The notes beneath the pieces are model-generated. The model did no database searches, was not told where the DNA came from, and saw only the letters and a program-made list of their open reading frames with translations. From contig JBHJGN010000048.1 of the NCBI GenBank assembly GCA_050331735.1, positions 29,125 through 93,124 on the forward strand: a DNA stretch of 64,000 nt, given 5' to 3'. The position numbers and the translations under genes are program-made. Below, piece by piece: positions 21,027 through 29,863 of the stretch (position 1 is the first letter of the stretch; each line of letters opens with the position of its first letter). The stretch is from Cyanophyceae cyanobacterium. GTDB lineage: Bacteria; Cyanobacteriota; Cyanobacteriia; Cyanobacteriales; JBHJGN01.

Positions 21027-23000
21027 CTAAGCGCCTCCTCGCAGCTTTTCTAGGACACTGCGATCTTCGAGAGTGGAGGTATCTCCGGCAACTTCTTGCC
21101 CCGCCGCTAGATTGCGTAACAGGCGACGCATGATCTTACCCGAGCGGGTTTTAGGCATCGCATCGGTAAAGCGAATTTCCCCCGGACGGGCGATCGCTCC
21201 GATTTCGTTGGCGACGTGCTTCTTCAGGGCAGCGGCTAAGTCGTCGTTGGCGGTGTACTCTCCTTCCAACGTCACGAAGGCAAAGATCTCCTCTCCTCTA
21301 ATCTCGTCGGGTTTACCAACAACCGCCGCCTCAGCAACGGCGGGATGGGAAACGAGGGCAGATTCCACCTCCATCGTGCCTAAGCGATGTCCAGAAACGT
21401 TGATCACGTCGTCAACGCGACCCATCACCCAAAAATAGCCATCGGCATCCCGTCTGGCTCCATCTCCAGCAAAGTAGAAGTGCTGCCCATCTTTAGGGGG
21501 AATATGCTCCCAGTAGGTACGCCGGAAGCGGTCAGGGTCGCCGTAAACCGTGCGCATCATTCCGGGCCAAGGATGCTTAATGACCAGGTATCCTCCCTGA
21601 TTGGCCTCCACCGGATTGCCCTCTAAATCGACAACCTCTGCATCGATGCCGGGAAACGGATAGGTCGCAGAACCGGGTTTGGTCGAAATGGCTCCCGGGA
21701 GAGGAGTTAGCATAAAGCCGCCTGTTTCGGTTTGCCACCAGGTATCGACAATCGGACAGCGCTCGCCGCCGATGACGCGATGATACCAGACCCACGCTTC
21801 GGGATTAATGGGTTCTCCAACCGTTCCCAGCAGCCGCAGCGAAGACAAATCGCGGGCTTGAGGGTGCTGTTCTCCCAGCTTAATAAAGGCGCGAATGGCG
21901 GTGGGAGCTGTGTAAAAGATATTGACCCCGTATTTTTCGACCACATCCCAGAAACAACCCGGATTGGAAGGGCGGGGAACGCCTTCATACATGAGGCTCG
22001 TTGCGCCATTGGAGAGGGGACCGTAGACGATGTAGCTGTGTCCGGTGATCCAGCCCACATCTGCCGTACACCAGTAAACATCGGTATCTTTGAGGTCAAA
22101 CGTCCACTTGAGGGTGATGTGGGTGTAGAGATTGTAGCCTCCGGTCGTGTGAACGACTCCTTTTGGCTTTCCGGTCGTGCCGCTGGTGTAGAGAATAAAC
22201 AGCATATCTTCGCTGTCCATCGGTTCGGCAGGGCAATCGGCAGAGGCTCCTGGCTGGAGGTCGTGCCACCAATGGTCGCGTCCAGAGTGCATGTCAATGT
22301 CTTGCTTGGTGCGCTCTACGACGAGCACATTCTCGACGCTAGGAACGCCATCGTTGGCTAGAGCGCGATCGACCTGTTCTTTGAGGGCAATGGTTTTATC
22401 TTTGCGAAAGCCGCCATCAGCGGTCACTACCAGCTTAGCCTCGGCATCAACGAGGCGATCTTTGAGCGCCTCAGCACTGAAGCCGCCAAACACAACCGTA
22501 TGCGGAGCGCCAATTCTGGCACAGGCCAGCATGGCGATCGCTGCTTCGGGAATCATCGGCATGTAAATGCCGACGCGATCGCCTTTCTGTACGCCAAGCT
22601 GCTTGAAAACGTTGGCCATCTGACAAACTTCCCGGTGCAGTTGGGCATAGGTGAGGGTGCGGGAGTCTCCTGGTTCTCCTTCCCAGATCAGCGCGGCTTT
22701 GTTTCTACGCCAGGTCGTCAAGTGCCTATCGAGGCAGTTGTAAGAGATATTAATTTTACCGCCGACAAACCACTTGGCAAAAGGCGGCTGCCAGTCGAGA
22801 ACCTGATGCCATTTTTCAAACCAGTGCAGTTCCTGCTCAGCCAATTCTGCCCAAAACTGCTGCGGATCGGCCAGAGAACGACGATATAATTCCTGGTATT
22901 CTGCGAGGCTTTTAATGCGGGCCTGCTCCTGAAACTCAGCAGGAGGAGGAAATAACCGTTTTTCCTTGAGGACTGACTCAATCGTTTGCTGTGACACCAT
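21027..23000 (-). CDS. acs: Acetyl-CoA synthetase
   Basis: [32 protein letters not shown]. Confidence 0.97.
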   Translation of the reverse strand: MVSQQTIESVLKEKRLFPPPAEFQEQARIKSLAEYQELYRRSLADPQQFWAELAEQELHWFEKWHQVLDWQPPFAKWFVGGKINISYNCLDRHLTTWRRNKAALIWEGEPGDSRTLTYAQLHREVCQMANVFKQLGVQKGDRVGIYMPMIPEAAIAMLACARIGAPHTVVFGGFSAEALKDRLVDAEAKLVVTADGGFRKDKTIALKEQVDRALANDGVPSVENVLVVERTKQDIDMHSGRDHWWHDLQPGASADCPAEPMDSEDMLFILYTSGTTGKPKGVVHTTGGYNLYTHITLKWTFDLKDTDVYWCTADVGWITGHSYIVYGPLSNGATSLMYEGVPRPSNPGCFWDVVEKYGVNIFYTAPTAIRAFIKLGEQHPQARDLSSLRLLGTVGEPINPEAWVWYHRVIGGERCPIVDTWWQTETGGFMLTPLPGAISTKPGSATYPFPGIDAEVVDLEGNPVEANQGGYLVIKHPWPGMMRTVYGDPDRFRRTYWEHIPPKDGQHFYFAGDGARRDADGYFWVMGRVDDVINVSGHRLGTMEVESALVSHPAVAEAAVVGKPDEIRGEEIFAFVTLEGEYTANDDLAAALKKHVANEIGAIARPGEIRFTDAMPKTRSGKIMRRLLRNLAAGQEVAGDTSTLEDRSVLEKLRGGA

Positions 23001-23325
23001 AATTTTTTCTACTCATTCTGTTTGACGATTGTCCCAGAGATTTTTGAGTTGAATAAAGCACCGCCGGAATTATTTAATGATTTTTATTAATGATAGATAG
23101 AGGTTTGGAGTGCTTCTGATTGGGTGAAACGGTTTTAAATTCTAGCAGTTTGTCCTTTGATGTCCTGGTTTACAATCTAGCTGCCGATTCTACGTTCTGT
23201 TGAGAAGGTGGAACGAGACAATGGGTTTTATCCGGCACAGATGGGAATCTATTAAGCTTTGGTGATGCTGACTGAAGGCGATCGCTTTTAGTCAAAGTTT
23301 TTGCCGAAAGTCTTCTGTGAAAAGC

Positions 23326-23355
23326 TTGACAATTCTATCTACCTACTAGTATGAT
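23326..23355 (+). promoter_or_regulatory. Sigma70-type promoter of tetR overlapping a palindromic operator
   Basis: TTGACA (23326-31), 18 nt, TATGAT (23350-55); TACCTACTAGTATGAT overlaps the spacer and -10. Confidence 0.7.
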
Positions 23356-23361
23356 AAAATC

Positions 23362-23934
23362 ATGAATTCAACTAAAACTCAGATTCTCGACGTAGCCCAA
23401 GAACTTATTCAAAAAGTCGGACTCAACGCGATGAGTTACGCTGACATCAGCAGAGCTGTCGATATTCGTAAAGCTAGCATTCACTATCATTTCCCTACCA
23501 AAGAGAAATTAGTTGCTGCCTTGCTCGATCGCTATAGTGCTGATTTTTTCAGATTGGTAGATTCAATCTTGAAAATTTCGGAGTCGGCTGAAGTTAAGCT
23601 GCGTCGTTACTGCGGTTTGTTTGAAGCCACTCTTAGCAGCGGAAAGCAGGATAAAGCCTGTCTGTGCGGGATGTTGGGAGCAGAATTAAAAACTCTCGAA
23701 TTTCCACTAACAGAGCAGGTTTCTCGGTTTTATCAAGGTAATCAAGTTCGGTTGATAAAACTTCTTCAGGAAGGACAGGAAACAGGAGAGTTCAAGTTCC
23801 CCGGTCAAACAGAAGCGATGGCTCTTCTACTCTTTTCCTCCCTAGAGGGTGGACTCCTTATTGCCAGAGCTGATGGTGGTGTTAATCAATTTCGCAGTAT
23901 TGTCGAGCAACTAATACAGATTGTCAGGGGCTGA
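23362..23934 (+). CDS. TetR/AcrR-family regulator (NemR-like)
   Basis: ILDVAQELI...SYADIS...KASIHYHFPTKE; CLCG motif. Confidence 0.92.
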   Translation: MNSTKTQILDVAQELIQKVGLNAMSYADISRAVDIRKASIHYHFPTKEKLVAALLDRYSADFFRLVDSILKISESAEVKLRRYCGLFEATLSSGKQDKACLCGMLGAELKTLEFPLTEQVSRFYQGNQVRLIKLLQEGQETGEFKFPGQTEAMALLLFSSLEGGLLIARADGGVNQFRSIVEQLIQIVRG

Positions 23935-23997
23935 TTCCGGGTTTTGATGCAGGGGTTTGTGCGTCCCGTCGGAAGATAGTTTTTTTTGCTTTTTGCC

Positions 23998-24013
23998 TAC
24001 CTACTAATAGATA
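23998..24013. promoter_or_regulatory. Second copy of the putative TetR operator, upstream of the SDR gene
   Basis: TACCTACTAATAGATA, 14/16 match to the palindrome TACCTACTAGTAGGTA. Confidence 0.65.
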
Positions 24014-24031
24014 AACATAGAGGATTTGAAG

Positions 24032-24808
24032 ATGGAATTTCAAGAGCGAGTCGTTTTGGTTACTGGTGGTGGCACAGGTATTGGCCAAGAAACAGCAAAG
24101 AGTTTCTTGGCCCAAGGAGCTAACGTCGTTATTAACGGTCGCCGTCAAGAGGTGCTAACGGCTACAGCTAGAGAACTCGATACGACGGGACAACGAATAG
24201 CAATTGTGTCTGGTGATATCGGTCAGCTAGAAACGGCTCACAGGCTAGTTAATACGGCTTGCGATCGCTTTGGAGGAGTAGATATTCTCATTAACAATGC
24301 TGGGATTTTTAATCCTACTCCGTTTTTAGACCATACAGAAGCAGATTTTGACCGCTATATCAATATTATTCTCAAAGGAACTTTCTTCCTCACTCAAGCA
24401 GCCGTGCCAGAAATACTTCAGCGAGGACAAGGGGCCATCGTTAACGTTGGTTCGATGTGGGCCACTCAGGCCATTGGAGCTACTCCTTCAAGTGCTTACT
24501 CGGCTGCTAAAGCGGGTGTCCACGCTTTGACTCGTAACTTGGCGATCGAACTAGCTGCTCAAAATATTCGAGTTAATACTGTTGCTCCTGCTGTAGTAGA
24601 AACCCCAGTCTACAACACCTTTATGTCTTCAGAACAAGTACAAGAGGTGCTGCCCACATTTGACAGTTTTCATCCCCTCGGACGTAACGGACAGCCTACT
24701 GACGTAGTAGAAGCCATCCTCTATCTAGCCAGCGATCGCGCTAGTTGGATTACAGGGGCAATTCTTCCCGTTGATGGAGGAGTAACGGCGGGTCGTCAAG
24801 CAGCTTAA
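24032..24808 (+). CDS. Short-chain dehydrogenase/reductase
   Basis: TGGGTGIG, NNAG, YSAAK. Confidence 0.92.
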   Translation: MEFQERVVLVTGGGTGIGQETAKSFLAQGANVVINGRRQEVLTATARELDTTGQRIAIVSGDIGQLETAHRLVNTACDRFGGVDILINNAGIFNPTPFLDHTEADFDRYINIILKGTFFLTQAAVPEILQRGQGAIVNVGSMWATQAIGATPSSAYSAAKAGVHALTRNLAIELAAQNIRVNTVAPAVVETPVYNTFMSSEQVQEVLPTFDSFHPLGRNGQPTDVVEAILYLASDRASWITGAILPVDGGVTAGRQAA

Positions 24809-24823
24809 AGACAACCAGAAATG

Positions 24824-24971
24824 ATACCAGTTAGAAAAAGTCAGGAGAGACTTGGTTAATTGGGGAAAATAGTTCGGTGTCGGAACGGGGAACGGATGCC
24901 AGTTTTTCCCGGTTAACTGCCAACTCTTTGATAGTTTGGGGAACTGTCTAACTACTTTTGATCAACGGTAT
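24824..24971. mobile_element. MITE-like element, copy 1 (148 bp)
   Basis: Imperfect inverted termini ATACCAGTTAGAAAAAGT...ACTACTTTTGATCAACGGTAT; similar to the adjacent copy. Confidence 0.55.
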
Positions 24972-24994
24972 TGCCTGATAAGATTAATGATGTG

Positions 24995-25144
24995 ATACCA
25001 ATTGGAAAAAGTAATAGGAGACTTAATGAGTTGGGGGAAAGGGGAAGGGGTAAAGGAGAAAGGGAAGCACAGCAGCTCTTTGCCCTTGAACCTCCAATTG
25101 TTGGTTGGTTTGGGAACTATCTGACTACTTTCGGTAAATGGTAT
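24995..25144. mobile_element. MITE-like element, copy 2 (150 bp)
   Basis: ATACCAATTGGAAAAAGT...ACTACTTTCGGTAAATGGTAT; shared subterminal GGAGACTT and GTTTGGG(G)AACT.TCT.ACTACTTT. Confidence 0.55.
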
Positions 25145-25767
25145 GAGATGAAGAGTGCCTGTTTATTTTATCTCCCACATCGAGAATTTTTTGAATCTAC
25201 CAACGGGACAGTAAACTTATGAAATTCTAGAACCTACAGAGGACGGCAGTGTAACAGGCAGTGCAACAGATGTAGTAAAAACTCAATTTTTGAGTTAGTT
25301 TTTATCAAAAACACGAAGAAAGACTAATTTAGTTCGTTTATTTATCCTGGGTTGCTGAATCCCTTACGTGTCAATGATTACAAGGCGACTCTAGAAGAAT
25401 CAGTATTTCAAACATCTTTTATTTGTTTTCTCATAATATTGATGAGTTACTATCAATTTGTTTTCTGCTTCACTACTTAAGATACACTACCCAAAATTTT
25501 TTCTGCTGACAAAACTTCTGTATTTAGGGTAAGCGCCTGTTAACCGCTATTGACAAACTGGAGGAGAACGGCAGTTATAATAGGGCGAACAGGCAGCGAG
25601 TACCGTAGGTAAGTTAATTTAAGATGCAAAACACAGAGAGGAAAAATGGCTACAGAACTCTCTGGAAAGAGCAGTGTGGGCTAGAGTAAATAGGTGAAGC
25701 TGTGGATACTATTGGTCTGGCTTCGATTGCTCATGGTCTGTCCCCCTAGGTGCTAGGCTGATTACTT

Positions 25768-26406
25768 ATGTCTCAAATCGTTTGGATAGCAAGACACGGA
25801 AACCGCCTTGATTTTGTTAACCCAGAATGGTTCAGTACGGCTGAGCGGCGCTACGATCCTCCTCTATCTGATGATGGCTTTATTCAGGCTCAAGAGTTAG
25901 GTCAGCGACTCAAGTCGGAATCGATTACCCATATTTTCTCCTCTCCCTTTTTAAGAACAGTGCAGACCGCAAATCAGGTTGCCGAAGCGCTAGATTTGCC
26001 CATTAAATTAGAGGCGGGACTGAGTGAATGGCATAATCCGGGATGGATGAGCGAACATCCTGAAATTTTGCCGACAGCAGAAATCCAAGCCCGGTTTCCC
26101 CGCATCGACAGTCGCTACACTTCTCGCCTTGTTCCCGAATATCCCGAAAGTAATGAAACGATGATGCTACGCATGGCTCGAACTGCGAGACAGTTGGTCA
26201 AAGAATTTACCGACGATATTTTGCTCATTGGTCATGGCGCTTCCGTTTTGGGAACGACGGTCGGACTCGTCGGCGGCAGCCCAACGGTCAATGCCTCTTT
26301 GTGCTGTTTGGTTAAGCTAGTGCGTCAAGGCAATCAGTGGGACATAGAACTAGATGGCGATACCTCTCACCTTAGTCAAAGCGAAACAGCCGTTCGCTTC
26401 AACTAA
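25768..26406 (+). CDS. Histidine phosphatase (phosphoglycerate mutase-like) family protein
   Basis: RHG, SSPFLRT, GHG motifs. Confidence 0.9.
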   Translation: MSQIVWIARHGNRLDFVNPEWFSTAERRYDPPLSDDGFIQAQELGQRLKSESITHIFSSPFLRTVQTANQVAEALDLPIKLEAGLSEWHNPGWMSEHPEILPTAEIQARFPRIDSRYTSRLVPEYPESNETMMLRMARTARQLVKEFTDDILLIGHGASVLGTTVGLVGGSPTVNASLCCLVKLVRQGNQWDIELDGDTSHLSQSETAVRFN

Positions 26407-26409
26407 CCA

Positions 26410-26916
26410 GTGCAGATCTCCACTTATCAACCCCATTATCAAACCCAGGTTATTGAGTTAATCTCGTCGATTCAGCAAGAAGAATTTGGCGCGGCTATTA
26501 CGCTGGCTGCTCAGCCAGATTTATTAGAAATTCCAAAAGTCTACCAACAGGGGAACGGAAACTTTTGGGTGGTACTCGAGGGCAAGCGCGTGATTGGAAC
26601 AATTGCTGCGATTGATATGGGCGATCACCGACTGGCTTTGCGAAAAATGTTTGTGGCTGCGCCCTACCGGGGTAAAGCAACTGGCCTTGGTCAACGTCTC
26701 TTAGATACGTTGTGTCAATGGGCAAGAGCACGAAACGTCTATGAAATTTATTTGGGAACGATCGAGGCATTTAAGGCAGCCCATCGTTTTTACGAAAAGA
26801 ACGGATTTACCCGAGTTGAGAAAACTAAACTTCCCATGACCTTTCCTATCATGGAGGGAGACACTCGCTTCTATCAACTCGTTTTGTTTGATGAGCGGAG
26901 ACTTCAACCCGATTAA
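26410..26916 (+). CDS. GNAT-family N-acetyltransferase
   Basis: LRKMFV...RG...GLGQRLL, AHRFYEKNGF. Confidence 0.88.
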   Translation: MQISTYQPHYQTQVIELISSIQQEEFGAAITLAAQPDLLEIPKVYQQGNGNFWVVLEGKRVIGTIAAIDMGDHRLALRKMFVAAPYRGKATGLGQRLLDTLCQWARARNVYEIYLGTIEAFKAAHRFYEKNGFTRVEKTKLPMTFPIMEGDTRFYQLVLFDERRLQPD

Positions 26917-26921
26917 GCAGT

Positions 26922-27371
26922 TTACTGAGCGCTGGTCACTGTTAAAATCTCCTCAAACGGCATTTCTAGAGGCACCAGCTCTTCTAAGTCGTCTTCTCGT
27001 GCAGACTTAAACAAAAAATCTTCCCTAGCTTCTGCATAACATTCATTGAGAATCGTCTCATAATACGGCTTAAGACTAGGACTGTTTCTGAGTAGCTTGT
27101 TAATTCTTTTGCGCTGTTCTCGTACTGTTAAGTTCTAGCCGCGAGCGTTTTGTCGCCTTTCTTCTTCCGGTATCCAATAGTGTAGACACAGCAGATGAAC
27201 GAGTAAAATTGTTAAACAACGCTCAAGCTGATTTCTTTCCGCTCTTGCCAATCCTTCTACTTCCTCAATTAAGTGTTCCCAGTCAACTTGCTGAAAGCTG
27301 TGCGCTCGCAACTGGGATAAGGTGGTTTCCAGCCACAGGTAATAGTCAGTTTCGTAATCGACTTTAGGCAT
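26922..27371 (-). pseudogene. DUF29 family gene interrupted by one in-frame TAG
   Basis: YETDYYLW...DWEHLIEEVE...NARG*NLTVREQRKRI...NSPSLKPY; frame stays open for 70 more codons to TAA at 26922. Confidence 0.8.
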
Positions 27372-27479
27372 AAAAACTCCTTGACTAACCTCAGTGATTT
27401 GATCGTACAGGATGGTGAAGAGGTGGCAGAACCAGATCAGGTTATGACTATAGACAAGCAGCGTTGCTCCTCTCCAAGA

Positions 27480-29792
27480 TTACCAAGAGACGAAGCTCGC
27501 TTCTGTGAGCGTGACGACTCCTATCAAGATTGCTAGCACTTCCTCCCCAAAGCGAATTTCCGTTCCGTCGGTGCTGGTGCTGATGGTCAATTGATAAAAC
27601 TCTAGATTATCAAGAGCGATCGCATCTTCCCCTACGGCAAAATCAGTAATTGTATCGGTGCCACCTCCTGCCGCTAGCACAAAGGTATCGCTTCCTTGTC
27701 CGCCAGAGAAATTATCGCCAGTGAGAGTATCGTTGCCCGCGCCACCGCGGAGCAGATCGTCTCCGTCATCTCCCCAGAGCCAGTCGTCTCCCGCTTCGCC
27801 AAACAGCTTATCGTTGCCGCCTTTCCCGCCAAGGCGATCGCTTCCCGTTCCTCCAAAGAGAGTATCGTCCCCGCCAACCTCCCCGCCAGGGGAGCGGCGA
27901 TTCAAGTCACCCCGCAACACATCCTCACTGGCACCGCCGTGAATCTCGTCGTTGCCCAAGCCACCAGCAACTACATCGTTACCCGCGTTGGCCAAAAATA
28001 CTTCATCGCTGGCTGTCCCCACTAAAACATCGTCTCCCGGTGTTCCTGCGTCAAAAAATAGACGAGCTATGACGGGTTCGTGGTCGCTCGGGGAATCTAA
28101 AAATTCCACATTAACGTGGACAGCATCATATTCTGCTTTCCTGGCTAGGGCGTTGCTTACCAAAATGTGATCTAACACATCTCCTCGGCCTCGGAAACTG
28201 GAGGTATAGCGATCGCCAAGCGGTAGCGTATCGGTGAGATTGGTCAGCACTGGCTCCTCTCCTCCCTGAAGGATTTCCAGGGGAGAGACAAAGGCAAACT
28301 CATTCAGATCGCCGAGAACAATCACCTCTGTTTCCAGGCGATCTACAAAGTCTTTCACCGCCTGGGCTTGGGCTCTGCGCTCCTCCACCTGCCCATTGAC
28401 CGCCGGATCTTCTAGCCGTTCAGTGGCGGGCTGAAGTTGACCGAAGAGCGGGCTGCTGCCAAATTTAGCGGTGAAGTGATTGTTGATCACCGTGATTTCT
28501 TCGCCGTTGAAGCGGAAAGTTGCCACCAACGGTAGGCGACTGTCAAAGAAGGGGTTTTCGGGATTGGTTTGCTGATCCTGGGGCTCGACGACGGTTTGGA
28601 CCGAGCCAGGAACTAGCGCGACGCGATCGCGGTTGTAGAGAAATGCGGTGCGAATGTTGCTGCCCGACCCCCCGCCGCTGGTGCGGTTACCGATGAAAGG
28701 GTGATCGATGAAGGCATAGTTGACATTGCTAATAGCGGCAATTTCATCCACCAGCCGCTGGAGGGTTTCGTTCGCCGCTGTGACATCGCTAATCTCGCCG
28801 CCGTCGTTATCTTCAATTTCTTGCAGTCCGATAATGTCGGGAGTGTTGAGGTTGTTGACAATCTGAGCGGTGATCGCCTGAAACCGACCGTCGGCAACGT
28901 CGTCATCTACGTTGAAGAAAGGACCGTCGTTATCCACTAGCTCCGGAGCTTCGGCTTTTGGATCGAGAAGCAGGACGTTGTAGCTAGCAACGGTTAGTTG
29001 ACTGTCGGTTGGAGTTAAAAGAGAGACTTCCGGGGCTAACGTGCTAGGAGCTGTTGTGAATGGCTCGGTCGCATTGATTTCAAAAGTACTGAAGCTGTAA
29101 CCCATCACGCCAGTCACGTCGCTCAGTTCGGCTCCCACCTCTACTGGTGTAAGTTCAACTGGTAGCAGATCGGCATCGAGCTGAATTTGCAGACGTTCGG
29201 GCTGAAAGTCTGCTGCTGTGGTGACGAGAACAGCGCGATCGCCTAACCCGGTGGCGTTCTCACCGCGATCTGCAACCACCCAAGTTTCATCAAAGCGATT
29301 GGTAGGACTGACCACGAGAGGGTCCGCAACGGTAACGCGCATGCCCTCTAGGGATTCGTAAAAGTCGAGTCCGTCTTGACTCGGATCGAAGTTGGCAAAT
29401 CCATCATCGTCAATAATTTCCGTCGGCGGTGTCCGTCCGGCGGCTCCAATAACGACGGGGGCCGGAAGAGCATGACCGCTAGAAAGAACGGTAACGGTAG
29501 GTTCGACCGCAATGTGCGTCACGGTGAGGTCCGTTAGACGATCTTCTGGTTGAAACTCCACTACGGTTCCGGAGACGGCGACCATATCGCCCACCGCAAC
29601 TGCGGCAGGGGAGACAACAAAGATGCCCTCTGAGGTGGCCTCATTACCGTCCTCAACGGGGTCTTGTAGATAGAAGCCGTTGCGGTCAACAGCGGTGACG
29701 ATGCCGCGCACGTTCTCCACCGTCTGACCGACCAGGGGAGACGTATGTCCGGCTCCTTGAATGTCGCTAATGCGGATCTCCGTCTCGCTCAT
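27480..29792 (-). CDS. Extracellular nuclease/phosphodiesterase: OB-fold, EEP domain and RTX Ca-binding tail
   Basis: ISDIQG..HTSP, GFYLQD, YESLEGMRV, GLQEI, NHF, GDLN, DHIL, SDH; GGxGxD repeats; GGAGGAG RBS. Confidence 0.88.
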   Translation of the reverse strand: MSETEIRISDIQGAGHTSPLVGQTVENVRGIVTAVDRNGFYLQDPVEDGNEATSEGIFVVSPAAVAVGDMVAVSGTVVEFQPEDRLTDLTVTHIAVEPTVTVLSSGHALPAPVVIGAAGRTPPTEIIDDDGFANFDPSQDGLDFYESLEGMRVTVADPLVVSPTNRFDETWVVADRGENATGLGDRAVLVTTAADFQPERLQIQLDADLLPVELTPVEVGAELSDVTGVMGYSFSTFEINATEPFTTAPSTLAPEVSLLTPTDSQLTVASYNVLLLDPKAEAPELVDNDGPFFNVDDDVADGRFQAITAQIVNNLNTPDIIGLQEIEDNDGGEISDVTAANETLQRLVDEIAAISNVNYAFIDHPFIGNRTSGGGSGSNIRTAFLYNRDRVALVPGSVQTVVEPQDQQTNPENPFFDSRLPLVATFRFNGEEITVINNHFTAKFGSSPLFGQLQPATERLEDPAVNGQVEERRAQAQAVKDFVDRLETEVIVLGDLNEFAFVSPLEILQGGEEPVLTNLTDTLPLGDRYTSSFRGRGDVLDHILVSNALARKAEYDAVHVNVEFLDSPSDHEPVIARLFFDAGTPGDDVLVGTASDEVFLANAGNDVVAGGLGNDEIHGGASEDVLRGDLNRRSPGGEVGGDDTLFGGTGSDRLGGKGGNDKLFGEAGDDWLWGDDGDDLLRGGAGNDTLTGDNFSGGQGSDTFVLAAGGGTDTITDFAVGEDAIALDNLEFYQLTISTSTDGTEIRFGEEVLAILIGVVTLTEASFVSW

Positions 29793-29863
29793 TATTCTCC
29801 TCCCTGTGCAAAAAACTGGGAACCCTTTTGGAATTCCCAGCTTAGTTTCATCTCAAAGTGGCT

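Noticed and set aside
24809..25767. Possible CRISPR array or leader in the long intergenic region
   Set aside because: No identical repeats with regular spacers and no cas genes in the window
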